From the human T2T-CHM13v2.0 reference genome, Homo sapiens: DNA of 64,000 nucleotides. Under the pieces are notes generated by a model. The model worked only from the letters and a program-made list of their open reading frames with translations, did no database searches and was not told the DNA's origin. Of this stretch, positions 15,501 to 30,914 are shown piece by piece (position 1 is the stretch's first letter; every line of letters begins with the position of its first letter). Location of the stretch: NCBI RefSeq assembly GCF_009914755.1, contig NC_060932.1. One strand, written 5' to 3'. A program made the position numbers and the translations under genes.

Positions 15501-17194
15501 TGTTTCCCTCTGTTCCCATCACTGCTTCTGTCACTGCAGTGTCCCCATCTACAACAGCTGCCATTTGTCAACCCAGGGAAGGTATTTCTTTTTGGAGTTA
15601 GTTCATCAATTATTAAAAGGTTCACTGAAATCATCAGAAGTTATTTATTGGTAACCCTGTTTAATTGTAGAGGATCAAGCAGAAATTAAAGTACCCTGGA
15701 CCAACAAGGAAATCAGTACCCGATTCTTGGTATCTTTGTTCCTCTTTTATAAAAGGAATATATATTTGTTAAGCAGATATTATGTTCAAATTGATCATCA
15801 GTTTTTGCAAGTAGGAATGTTACGTAAATGAGAATCTTCAAAGGTTTTGGAGTAATTTATAAAGTAGATACAAATTTTGCATTAAACTCCCACTTTCATT
15901 AAACTTTTATTACTAAAGCTTCAGAGAAATAAGATATAGATAATATTTATGAGCCTTTCATATCAATTTTTTTTCAAACTTTCTGCATATATAACCCCCT
16001 TTTAAATAGCTGTTGGTGTCTCACAAGCCCTCTGGTATTGATTTAAATTATTTTGATTTTAATGTAACAGATATTAACAATAGTAAAAATAGATGTAAAT
16101 TCCTCAGGGTTGTCTTCTTGTGCAACTATAAACAGATTTACAGATTTAAAACAAACCACAGAACCAGTTACATTCAAATTAGCAACATATATTTAATATG
16201 TTAGATGATAATGTCTGTAATACTGACTGGTATACCATACTTTCTTTTCTTTTATATTTTTGTTAACATTTACATAACATAAAACTTAAAATTTGAAAGT
16301 TATGGAATTCATTGGCTTCCAGTACATTAACAATATTGTACATCCATTAGCACTATCTGTGTAATTCACAACATTTTCATCACTCCAAAAAGAAACCCTA
16401 TACCCGATAAGTAGTCACTGTAAGTTCTTTTTTAGTTCATTATATCAGGACTGCTGGTATGCCATGTGATGACTCAATTTTCTCACCATTTTTCTGCATT
16501 CAAGGCACTGAGAAACTCACTGATAATGTAATTTCGCTTTCACTTGGTAGGATGCGTCATTTACATATTAGGTTCACCTCTGCTCCTTTTTATTTAGTCC
16601 TCAACGATTAAATTATAACTACTTGACACTAGTACACCCCTAAACAGGAATGTGAAAACCAAACATGATGCAGTACTAGATATGAAGGTGATCAGCCAGA
16701 TGATTCCGAATACCCTTATATTAACTTTTTAACAGTCATAAGAATGAAAATACATCATTAAAAAAAAAATGTCATAGAGAACTCATGGAGCACTGAGACT
16801 ATCTCAAGATCCCAGATTGAGAAACGTTATTTATGATTCTTGAGTTTTTATGTGTGCTGTTTAATGAGAATGAGGAGCCTGGGCATTTTAAATCTCTTAT
16901 TATACTTTTAAATGTTTAGAATAATTGCCCTTCTGTCTGAAAATTATCTTTTTGGGAAAGTCTTATTCATATCTCATTTGGTAACAACAAGATTTTATTT
17001 ACATTATTTTTTTCACTGGATACATGAAATATACTCCCCTTTGGAAATTTCAAGTTGATAATAAAATGAAATAATTTAGTTTTTAGCTCTTCTATTCTTA
17101 TTTTGTTCTTTACATATTCTTTCTAAAAAATAGGTGTACGCTTTGCCTATGGAATATACCCATTGTTTTCAAGCAATAATTTGGTTTTGGATTT

Positions 17195-17501
17195 CTTTTT
17201 CTTTTCTTTTTTTTTTTTTTGAGATGGAGTTTCGCTCTTCTTGCTGAGGCTGAAGTGCAGTGCTGCGATCTTAGCTCACTACAAGTTCCTTCTCCCAGGT
17301 TAAAGCGATTCTGCTGCCTCAGCCTCCCGAGTAGCCGGATTACAGGCATGTGCCACCATGCCCAGCTAATTTTGTATTTTTAGTAGAGACGGGAGTTTCT
17401 CCATGTTGGTCAAGTTGGTCTCAAACTCCCAACCTCAGGTGATCCGTCTGCCTCAGCCTCCCAAAGTGCTGGGATTACAGGTGTGAGCCACCGCCCCAGG
17501 T
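17195..17501 (-). mobile_element. Alu (AluSp-like)
   Basis: Antisense dimer; TSD ttttggattt. Confidence 0.95.
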
Positions 17502-18455
17502 CTGTTTTGGATTTTTAAAGTTGCTTTAGGGCAGTTACTTCCAACAACCAAGTAATGACTTTTTTATGCCAACGTTAATTGAGTCAGATTCTTGTAGAAT
17601 ACTTGTAATATGAGCTGTCTCTAGATTTTTATGGATAAATTTTTAAACATATCAGGAAAACAGTATCTCCAAAATGGACAACTCTTTTTTATACTACCTA
17701 AAAAGATCAGAGGATAAGTGACAGAGTGGCAAGAAATGAGACTGAAGAGACCAAATCATAACATGCTTTCTGAGCTAAGCTAATGAGATTTAGTTTTATT
17801 CTGAAAACCAAGGAGAATTCATTGAAGAATATTTTCAAATGTAATTAGCAAACATTTAGTAGTCTTTTAAATTTTATTTATTTTCTTTGCATATGTGTTA
17901 AGAACATTATATTTTGTAATCTCCCTGAATTCTGTCATGTTTTTAAGAACTACTGAGTTATTAGCCTTTTCAGAACTGAAATACCTTTGCTGATGGAAAT
18001 GTACCTTTTCAAATGTGAAGTTGATCTTCACACTCCTAAATCTAAATAGCTAAATCTAGTCCTTAGTAGCCAGAATGTGCTGTTTGAAAATTTGGCAGAG
18101 AGATTGATCAAATATGTTTGAATCCCTGAGTTCTTAATGATATTTTAAAAGTAATGGTAAAAATAACACCACCTTCAGAAGATGGTAGAATACCAATACC
18201 AATTCATTATCTTGAAAATTGATATAGGAAAAGAATCAAATATTTACCCTGCCTATTTCTTTGTGAGCTAAACCAATAGATAACTAAATAGTAGATGAGT
18301 AATAAAATGTTAAGTGTATTCTGATTAATAACTGAAAAAGAAATGATAGAATTAAAGTATCACCATTTTATAGTCCCCACTGAGTGGAGAGATGTGGGTA
18401 GTATGGGTAGTAAGCAACAGTGGCTCCCGGGATTACAAAAAGATACATAGTTAGG

Positions 18456-18932
<477 letters not shown>

Positions 18933-18985
18933 TAAACCTAGGGAACTCTAGGTCAAACAGCCTGAGTTCTTCAGTAGGTAAATTA

Positions 18986-19652
18986 CAGTCATGCCTTGGT
19001 GTCTGTGGGGGATTGGTTCCAGACCTCCCCCATATATCTAAATCTGAGGATACTCAAGTCCCTGATAGAAAATGGATTAGTATTTGCATATAACAAGCGT
19101 ATCCTCCTATATGCTTTTTTTTTTTTTTTCTTCCCTTTGAGATGAGGTCTTGCTCTGTCTTGCAGGCTGGAGTGCAGTGGCACAATCATGGCTCACTGCT
19201 GCCTTGACCACGCCACAACCCCGCTCCCTGGACTCAGGCAATCCTCCTACCTCGGTCTCCCTAGAAGGTGAAACTACAGGCGGGTGCCACCTGACTAGTT
19301 AAGAAAATTTTTTTTTTAGAGATGGGGTCTGGCCCTGTTACCCAGGCTGGTCTCAAACTCCTGGGGTCAAGCAACCCTCTCGCCTTGGCCTTCCAAAGTG
19401 CTGGGATTACAGGCAGGAGCCACTGCACTCAGACTCATATACTTTAAATCATCTCTAGATTACTTGTACTAGCTAATACAATGTAAATGCTATATAAATA
19501 GTTGTTATACTGTATTGTTTCGGGAATAATGACAAGAAAAACAGTGTATACATGTTCAGTACAGACAGACAAAATTTTGTTTTCCAAATATTTTCAATCC
19601 ATGGTTGGTTGAGTCCATTAGTACAGAACCCACAGATACAGAAGGCCAATTA
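18986..19652. mobile_element. TcMar-Tigger MITE (MER2-like), split by an Alu
   Basis: TA-cagtc...ggggattggttccagacc start; gaacccacagatacagaaggcc end. Confidence 0.8.
19115..19434 (-). mobile_element. Alu (AluJ-like) inside MER2
   Basis: Diverged antisense dimer; flanks atatgcttt/atatacttt. Confidence 0.9.
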
Positions 19653-19749
19653 TATAAGGAAATGGGAGGGATGCTGGAGAAACCTATGGATTAAAAGAGA
19701 CCTAAAAGGTATTTTCGTTTGTTTGTTTGTTTTTCACAGACTCTATTTT

Positions 19750-19885
19750 CTAGGCTTAAGCGATCCTCCCGCCTCAGCCTTCCAAGTACTAGCTGGGACT
19801 ACTGGCGCATGCCACCAGTAGTGAATTTTTTAAATTTTCGTTGTTGTTGTTGAGTTGGGGTCTCAGGATGTTGCCTAGGCTGCCA
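19750..19885 (-). mobile_element. Alu fragment
   Basis: gcgatcctcccgcctcagcc...gttgcctaggctg. Confidence 0.75.
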
Positions 19886-20209
19886 ATTTTTTTTTCTGAT
19901 GGACAAAATAAATAAACTGTGATGTCTAAAGAAGCACACATAGATGCTAAAACCATAAAAAGAAAATGGCAAGGAAGTGATTCCTATAAAAGTCGGTAAT
20001 GGTTACTTAACATCAGGGAGGGGAGGGTGTTATGTATATCCTTATAATAATTCCATTGGTCATACATTGCAATACTGGAGAAGATACAAAGGTAGCAGAT
20101 AGTTTTCCTAAGTATTTCTTGGTAAATAAGATAAATTAGATCTTTTGTAAGTCCTACTGTGTTTAAAGTGGTGCAGGACTCTCAGGGGAAGCTTTTCATC
20201 ATTTGTAGA

Positions 20210-21145
20210 AGCAGTTCTCAACTTTTTTGGTCTTAGGGTCTTTTTACACTCTTAATATTTTCAAGGACCTCAAAGAGCTTTTATGTGGCTTACAGCTAAA
20301 ATATTTGCTGTAGAAATTAAAACAATTTTTAGAATATGTGATTCATTTAAAATAACCATCTTAAACCCATTTTAGACATTATTGTGAGAAGCTTTTTCAA
20401 GCCAAAGCACAAAATTTTAGTAAGGTAGCATTGTTTTATAATTTTTTGTGAATTTCTTTAATATGTGTCTTATTGGAGTACAGCTGGATTCTCATAGTTA
20501 CTTCTGCATTCAGACTATTTATGATACGTTGTTTTGGTTGAAGTGTGTGATAAAAATCCAGCCTCACATAGATAACGTAGTTTGAAAGGGGAGGAGTATT
20601 TCAATAGCCTTTTAGATAATTGTGGGTATTCTTCAATACTTCTTCAACAAGTGATAGTTTTGTAAAGGTTAATTGCAGTGTGGAATCTGAAACCATATCT
20701 GAACTTTCCTTACTCTTACATGAAAACCCTTTGGTATGCAGCAGTATTTATTTATGCTTCCCATATTGTCACATGGAAGACAATGTCACAAGATGTGTCC
20801 TCAAGTTGAGATTTAGTAAAAATAATTTTTTTGCTTCTTTATGAAGGGCAGTCTTACTTTAAACTAGCTGGGTTTTTGTTTTGTTTTGTTTTAAATGAGT
20901 GTGTGGCAGTGAAGAATATAATGGCTCCCAGTGCACTTTGATGCTACTGCCTTAGTTTGTGCTAAAGTACCAGCCGTTTTATCCACCATTGCCTTTGTAC
21001 CTTTGGTGCACAGTTTGTGCAAATGTCAGTACAGCAAAGTGTATAAATAATGTCTTGGTATTGCTATGAAAATAGCTTAGCTCTTACAGACCTCCTAAGT
21101 TTCAGTAACCCCCAGGAGCCCATGGACCACATTTTGGGAACCTAT
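20210..21145. mobile_element. hAT-Charlie element (Charlie4-like)
   Basis: gttctcaactttttggtct...ttacactctta start; ggaccacattttgggaacc end. Confidence 0.65.
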
Positions 21146-22273
21146 GAACTGGAGAACTTCATATATTCTCACTAGCTGTTATATCCAGCACTCTCGGGTT
21201 AATTTTTTAGAAAGACGAAAATGACTTCTTGGATTTTTAAGGAATTGGCACACAATACGGCTTTCCCTGGCTTGTCAAGAATTAAGAACTTGATATTTTA
21301 TGGCAGTTCCTTTTGAGTGTCATGAATTAAATAAAATATTTGGGACTGTAGTGTTAGGATGCTATGGTGATTGACAGCATGTTTTAAAATATTCTAATTC
21401 ACATCATCTGAGAAATGTATAGCCCCTTTTATTCTTTGGATTACTATAACTGAACACATTTTTCTCACAAGTGTTTCTTGCCATAATTTATTTGAAGAAA
21501 TTTAGATTTAAGGATATAAAACCAGATTTTGATAGTATTAAAGGGTGAGTCATTTTGTTAAATGCGTAAAACATTCCTTATTTCCTTCCCTTGAGAGTAA
21601 ATACAGAATCCTATTTCTTCCCTCCTATTTTCCCACTAGTGAGGGTAGGGCTAAGGTGAGAATTCTTGTTTTCTCACCCAAATATCTCACACATTTGAAA
21701 GACATCCTACTATTAAGCATTTATTTATTGACTGCTTGCTGTATGTTCAACATTGTGGAATATCATGGGAAGATAAGTTATAATCTTATTAAACAAAGAG
21801 AAAAAGGCAGCATATGGTTAAAGTATTTAAAAAGTATATTGCTGAATTCAAAGTTGTGCCGGAGAGAGTAGTATGATCTGAATATTCAGAAAAGCTTCAT
21901 GAAGGATTTAAGACAAGCTAATAATGTTTGGAGAAAAGGGAAATGTTATAGACAAAAATGTATCTGGAGTTCAACAAAACGTTTGATAAAATCTCTCTGA
22001 ATACCCTCATATACATGAGGTAATTGACTAAAATGTAAAATTTAATATAGTCTCAAATATTCGTTGAATCATTGAGTAACTAGTTGAATGGCCATACCCA
22101 AGAGTGGTAATCAGTGAATCACTGACAGCTAGGAACAAGGTTTAGGGCCCAGGACTCTGACCATGAGCTTTTCCTGTATCAGTAACTTAGGTAAGGACAT
22201 TCATTCAGTATGCATTTATTGAATACCTCCCATGAGTTATATATTCCACATGCCATCAAAAATAAAAAATAAG

Positions 22274-23225
<952 letters not shown>

Positions 23226-23539
23226 AAGGAATATTCTTTCCTTTAATCTCAAAGGAATTATCCTTTAATCTGTAATCGCAAAGGAAACTCATATAAAAAA
23301 CTGCTGGAATAGAAGTCTAACATGCTGGTCATAGACAGAGGGGGTAGATTATTTGATAAGAGCTAGAAAGATGTCTAAATTTTACTGGAACAGTTCTCCA
23401 AATCTGACAAGATAAAATTTTATACAGACAAATGCAAGATCCTGCAGGTAGGTATGGAAAAACTACATAGGTGTAAAACGGGAAAGATACAGTTTAACAA
23501 CATGTTTGAGACAAAATAGGCCTTATGAAATTTTTAGCA

Positions 23540-25930
23540 TGTGGCATGGTACGTTATCTGAAAATCCTCCTACTGTACAACACCCCAAAATGCTTAGTAA
23601 ATAAAATATTGAAACAAATCCTTTTAAATACATAGTCGGCCTTACTCAAAGTAAGGAAAATTCCTTGGGAGCAAAAATGTGTAAGAATTCCATTTCCTTT
23701 TGTATGGCAAACCAATTATTCTGAAGTGCCTTATCACTGTAATATAAGTAGATCCTCTTTAAATTTGAATAAGCCTCCTTTTTTAATGCATTGACAAGCT
23801 TGCAAGAAATAAGGGAAATCTCAATACCCTCACACCCATTAATTAACTTAAATGAACCTATTCAGACTGGAGTGTTGGGAGTAGTGAAGTCAAAATTGCT
23901 GTAGGGTCAAATGCCAACATGAAACCCTTATGCCCACTGCCAGATGAGGAAGCCAAAGCTGAGACTTCAGGATCCTAGAAAGCACCTTGGAGTTGTTAGC
24001 TCCCCATAGCCACTAGCAGAAACAGGAAAATGGAGGTACTCGGGATTTCCATAGATTTATGTCAACATATGATGAGCTTATAAACAAAAACTACCACACA
24101 CACATGCATCTGCATGGAAAAAGCCACCATAGAAGAGATTCAGCACAAACTGTAAGTAGCAGGTTTAGGTTACCCCATCCTCCCACGCTCACACTTCGGA
24201 TACTGACTTCAGATACTGGAAAATCATCAGATACAGAATTATAAAATAAGTTAATGCTTAACAAAATAATATTTAAAAGGAAAAATACGCAACCAAAAAG
24301 TGACCGTCAAAAACAACAAGGCATACTTGAAAAATAATCAAATATAAGTTTAAAATATAACAGGTGAAATTTAAAACTCAGTGAATAGATTAGCATATTA
24401 GATAGTGTAGAAGAGAACTAGAAGATCTGAAGATACTGTTCAGATTACAGCACGGGGCGACAAAGGACATGAAAACTGCAAGTGGTTAAGAGACATGGAG
24501 GGTAAGATACCACGAAATAACTAGAAAGACACTAGAGGAGAGGCTTTTCTAGAACTGAAAAAAAAAAAACAAAAAAAAAAAAACATGAATCTAAGTTAAA
24601 GAAGTTCCACATATGCAAAACAGGATTTTTTTTTTTTTTTTTTTTTGACGGAGTCTTGCCCTGTTACCCAGGCTGAAGTTGCAATGGTGTGATCTCGGCT
24701 CACTGCAGCCTCTGCCTCCTGGGTTCAAGCGATTCTAAAACAGGATAAATTTTAAAACTCATACCTACACACTTTATAGTAAAGCCACAAATAATAAAGA
24801 CAAAACATCTTATCAGAAAGAAAACATCACCTGCAGAGAACAGACTGGCAGATAAAGACATCTCAACAGCAACCTGGAAGCCAAAAGAGAAAAGTGAATG
24901 TCAGCCTAGCATTGTGTGCCCAACAAAATTATCTTTCAAGAATGAGGGCACTAAAAGTCATTTTTAGATAAACACAAACTAAGTTTACTACCAGCACATC
25001 TTTACTTAAGGAACTTCCATAAGGGATATACTTAAAGAAGGAAAATGCCATAGAAGTGTTTGGTTATGAAAGAAGCAAAGGTGACCAAAGAAATTGGTAA
25101 GCATAGGTAAATCTAAACATCGTATGACATAATAGTATTATCTAATGTTTAGGGCTATGGAGACAAAGCCAAAATAAGGGACAGTAACAGCGTAACACAG
25201 GATACAACTGATGGGAGTTTATCTTCTAAGATCACTGTTACTCAAGAGGGGAGGGATAAGATACACTGCCTAATTTTGGACTTTTTTTTAGAATATGTGA
25301 TAACTAGTACTGGGGAGAAAAATGGAATTCAAAAACAAGCAAAAACATCTTTAAAAAAGAAAAATAGAACAAATACAACATAAAGGAAGAAGGGACAGAG
25401 GGGTCTGAGGTATATTAGTAATCACAAATATTAACCTCAAAATGAAAAGCCAGTTTGCGTGAGTTGAAAATAATACCGTAGAGGAAATTCAACCTTACTA
25501 ATACCATCACCACTACCCCTGCAACATAGACACACATCATACACAATATTTAAGAGGTTTTTACATCTTGGGTGAATGCGAAAGAAACAGAGCTCTTAGA
25601 AGATAATATAAAAGAATATGTTTATGACTTTAGGATAGGAAAAGATCTCTCCAACAGGGCAAGCAAAGCACTAATCATAAAGGAAAATAATGATAAATTA
25701 GGCTGTGTTAAAATTAAGAACGTATATTCATCAAAAGATGAGCATATGAGGGAAAAAGCAATCTACAAAGTGGGAGGGAAGATTTATAACACATTCTGAC
25801 AGAGGCCTTTACAGATTACAAGTCACTAAATAACAAAAGATTGAGCTTCTCAAGTTGTATGTGCTTTGTGAAATAGCTTCAGAATATATACGGTAAAAAC
25901 TGATAGAACTATAGGATAAAACTACAAAAA
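23540..25930 (+). mobile_element. Old L1M remnants (ORF1 region and ORF2 3' fragment)
   Basis: ORF1-like aaattatctttcaagaatgaggg; ORF 25572..25799 resembles the L1 ORF2 C-terminus (LLEDNIKEY...KIKN). Confidence 0.7.
24627..24736 (-). mobile_element. 5'-truncated Alu
   Basis: TSD AAAACAGGAT at 24617-24626 and 24737-24746. Confidence 0.9.
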
Positions 25931-26158
25931 ATAAAAAAACATGGCATGTTTGAAAGCCCAGAGGAAGAAGGAGCACAGTGGATTTGAAAACCAGAGAGAC
26001 CAGAGGATTCTCATTGAAGAGTAATGAGAGAGTAAGTTTAGAATAGATTAATTCAAAGTCAGATTACTTACCAAATTTGTAATACCTCTTACTCTCATAT
26101 ATTGACCTAAAAGTGAAACCCAACCCTTAATTAGAAGCAGAGCGCAGATTTCACAATG

Positions 26159-26538
26159 CAGTCATGCACTGAATAGTGACATTTTGGTCAACGATGGATC
26201 ACATTTATGACAGTGGTCACGTAAGATTATAATGTAACTGAAAAATTCCTGTTGCCTAGTGACATAGCCATCATAGCACAACATATTACTTTAAACATAC
26301 CTGCTTAGGTGTTTAGATACACAAAGACCATTGTGTTACGGTTGCCTAAGGTATTCAGTACAGTAACGTGGTACAGGTTTGTAGCCTAGGAGCAGTAGGC
26401 TATACCATATAGCTTAGGTGTATTGCAGGTATGCCATCTAGATTTGTGTAAGTACACTCTGATGTTCACACAACAATGAAATTGCCTAAGGCTATATTTC
26501 TCAGAATGTATCCCCATCGATAACGCAAGGCATGACTA
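26159..26538. mobile_element. Tigger3 (MER7/Golem)-type MITE
   Basis: cagtcatgc...gcatgact inverted ends; ggtcaacgatgg...aagattataat. Confidence 0.85.
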
Positions 26539-26569
26539 TACTTTAAAGGAGTTTTTAAATGTTTTTATA

Positions 26570-26654
26570 TACTAGATTGACTCACATAAAATTGTCATTT
26601 TTACAGGTCAAAAATATTTGGATATTTGGCCTTTTCATGTGGTTCAACCTGATA
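26570..26654. mobile_element. Palindromic mariner MITE (MADE2-like)
   Basis: tactagattgactcacataaaa...ttttcatgtggttcaacctgata. Confidence 0.65.
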
Positions 26655-27552
26655 TGAGGAATTGAGCTTTTCTAGTTTTGTTTTTTTATTCATCCTTCAC
26701 CAGAAAAATAAGTATTGAGAGGCCAGAATTCATCATCCTATCAAAAGCATCTATGCCAGAATCTTCCTGAATTCATTTAACATTTTACACACCAGAAGGC
26801 ATCACAGGTTTTAGGAATGACACATTCTCAGACTAGATAGATGTGGGATTATTTCAAATAAACCATTTGGTTCCTCCAAGGATCCTTTAAAAAGTCACCC
26901 TAAAGAGCATAGCTACTGAATGTATAGACTCATCCATAGTTACTTGAGTCATTACCAGGAAATATGCCCCTCAGTCTGTGGGCTTCTGGCAGCAATCGCA
27001 AGTTACGGGCCCTAAGATGAGAACAGATGAAAGTTTCCACAAGTGAACTTAGTTTTCTAAAGGTTTGTTAATCTCTCTGTTCAAATGATAACCCTACTTC
27101 TAGTTTCTGTTTTACTGTTGTATCACATTTTTCAGAAAAATCTCATGAACTGACACATTAGTTCCAGAAATTAACATTATACATAAAATTGTTTATTCTC
27201 ACCCTGTGAAGTTTAATTTCTGCATTTATAATTAAGTGACTTTACTTCCTAGGGTAGCACGAGTCATGGGGATTCCGTTATTGCTCTGTCAGCCATCAAA
27301 ATACTGCCCCAGGCATTCTTAGCCCATTGCCTGCCTAGAGGCAGTTGCCCATATAGCTGCCCTTGTCTGAAGCCTACATACTGATAGCATGGCACTGATA
27401 ATTCTTGGATTCTTACTATGTGTGATACTTCTCCCATTATTGCCACTCAGATGGAAATTCTTTTTATGCATTAATTGTGTCAGAGTAGTTACAGAATGGG
27501 TTAACATTTAAGAATTCAGTTAAAAGCAATGTGGTGGGGGAAGAAGTTTTAG

Positions 27553-28005
<453 letters not shown>

Positions 28006-28835
28006 CTAGGCTGTGTTTTTAAAAAGCACTTGGCCTTGGTGTCTTCAGTCTCTTGCTCTCAGGTATTGTTCAGTTCTGAACTTGACTGACCACTGTTGGT
28101 CATTTTTGTTAGAGATTTGCAGGTAAACATTTAACGTATTGTAGTTTGGGAAATCTTTTACGTTTCTGAAGAGAGTGTGGGTAGTTGTAAGGACTTTGCT
28201 TTAAACCTAATCACCAAAGCAGGAACAGAAATTTAAGTTCCAAAATAAATTTTTAAGGTCATTTTTAATCTCACTTGTTTCATAGACGTTCAAGGACATT
28301 TTCAAAGAAACACCTGAAGGTTTAATTAGCTTTAGTGCCATTCATTGGTGGACTATTTCATATTCCTAAACTATAGGAGCTAATTTTTGTTCTTCTAAAG
28401 AGAACAAAAGTGAGAATTATTCTCCCCATCAAATGAGTAAGATTTGTTGGTGAGGTTATGTTGACATGTTTAGGTTGCATCATGTCTGTTTTGGGGAACA
28501 TTAGTGGTGTTTTCACTTAAGCTGCTAGATTGTCAAATTAGTTTCAAGTTGTCTTTATTAGCCTACAAATAATATTATATGGACTTTCCTTAGATGAATT
28601 CAAATTGATGTATCTTGCAACAGATGATTGTTACTTTAACTTTAAAAGAGTTCTGTGAATTAAAAACATATAGTATATACATATATATTCATATTTGTTT
28701 TTCAGAAGCCTTTCCTTGAATTAATTTGTATAAAATTTATATTTACCTTTTACTTAGAAAATGAGAATACCAATGGGATTTTTATATTCTACCGTAAATT
28801 TATATAGAAAATGAGGTATATATAAAGTATCTAGA

Positions 28836-29100
28836 GCCTGGCGTATAATCCCAGCACTTTGGGAGGCTGAGGAGGGTGGATCACTTGAGGCCAGGAGTTT
28901 GAGACCAGCCTGGCCAACATAACAAAACCTCGACTCTACAAAAAATACAAAAAAAAAAATTAGTTGGGCGCGGTAGTGCATGCCTGTAATCACAGCTACC
29001 CAAGAGGCGGAGGCTGGGGTGAGCCGAGGTCACATCGCTGTACTCCAGCCTGGGCGACAGAGCGAGTAAATTTAATTAATTAATTAATTAATTAATTAAG
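28836..29100 (+). mobile_element. Alu with internal deletions and (TTAA)7 tail
   Basis: Flanks aagtatctag/aagtacctag. Confidence 0.9.
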
Positions 29101-30914
29101 GAAGTACCTAGCACAGGGATCAGCATATAGTTGGTACTCAGCAAAGTGACAGTTTTTCCTTTTTGAGGACTTGGTGGACATTATCCAGAGAGAATCCTTG
29201 TTAGGTGACATAGGTAGATATGCTCACCTCTTTGGTTAAGTACGTCTTTTTTTTTTTAAACCTATGAGGCCTACCTTAATTACCCTTTTGAATACTGCAA
29301 CCTACACTTCTATTATATACCCACATATACTCTTAATCATCCTTACTCTTCTCTGTTTTTTTTATAGTATTTATCACCTGCTAACATACCATATAATTTA
29401 TTATAATATGTTTAATCAACCATTTAGAATTGTGTTTGGCACAAAGGTACTCAGATATTTGTTGTTGTATGGATCCTGTTTCCCATGTAATGGAATAGAA
29501 ACATTCGAGAATTAGGGGACTTCAGAGTCACATAAATAGTCTAGGGCAGAGCTGCACATAAAACCACCAGTTAAAGCCCTTTTCTGATTTGCATGTTCAG
29601 TAGCCTGCTTTTCTGCCCATTTTGTTTGAATATTAATGCAGCTTATCAGCATCTGGTCACACTTAGAAGAACCAATAGCCGTGTAGGTGTGTTGTCAACT
29701 GTTTTGTTATTGTCTCCCAACTATTGCTAAGGTTTTTCAGAACCTCACGTTCTCAGCCCAGTATTTTGGAAAATTCTTTATGAAGAGTATGTATGGTACT
29801 GGAATTTACATTAAAGTCTTACATTAATTACGAGTCTTACAGCTGTCGATCCTAATGCTGTCTCTACAGTGTGAATCCCTAGAAGTGATGAAGAGACACA
29901 GCAGTTAATCAAGATAGGAGGGATTGGTGATAACCAGCCCAGTCTCAGCAATTTCAGTAAAAATCCAGTACCATCCCCACATTGTGCAAAAATGTGGCGT
30001 TAATGACCTGTTCAGCAGGTGTTACTTCTCTCCTTTCCTAGGATGGCCTGCTTTCTTCCTTTGTGAAACTTTGGCTCAAAAAACATGCCACTTTAGGATG
30101 TGAGGGATGGTAAAATAACTATAGTCATTTCCTGCAACAAGCTTGTAAATGAAAACTATTAGGAATATTCAAAAATAAATGTATTGCTATGCTGCACACT
30201 GACTTTTTTGTTACACAGTTTGCTAGGTAGATAGGTAGCAACAAATCTACAATTTAGTATCAACCCTGTTCTTCAGGTGAATGAGTGTTGTATTTTTTTT
30301 TTAATGGAAGCAAATGCTTGATTGAGCTGCAGGAACTTATAGAGAAAATGTTTTCAACTGTTGAAGTATGTCAGAATTGTATTCAGAATTTTGAAAGGAG
30401 GGTAGAACACCAGAGAAGCTATATAAAATAGAAGACTCATACAGCAAACTAAAGTATACTTTGCTGACTTATCTGTAGAGACATATGTTTGGATGGATGG
30501 CAGGCAATAATTTAGAAAAGTAACAGTAGGTTATTTAATATGAGCATTACTTTGAAATGACTTTATAAATTTAACTAATCGAAGGACTTTCTATATAGAT
30601 CCTCTAGGAGAAAAATATTTTATACCAGATAAGTACAGTATGGATTCTAGTTTAGAATGGCAGAGAGCCACGCTTGGTTACGTTGGCTTTGACAATGAAT
30701 GTCAGTGTTATAACGCCTGTGTTTTCAGCTAGAGAATTGTAACCATTCTGTTGCCCTGTCAGGTGGTAGGGAGTGGGAGTTGGGCATGAAAGCTAAGATA
30801 CAAAATGTCATGTTTTAGTATTAAATATTGGTTAGTAAACTAGCCAGTATTAAGATCAAACTGCGGAAGGAAGAATAGGACTTCTTAAACTGGCAAATTA
30901 GATGTTTTTACTAG

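Noticed and set aside
15321-15581. Possible cryptic exon (tttcAG|GCT...AAG|GTATTT)
   Set aside because: Early in-frame stop and moderate sites; such pairs are expected by chance in a 45-kb intron
25572-25799. ORF resembling a real protein
   Set aside because: Decayed L1 ORF2 C-terminal fragment
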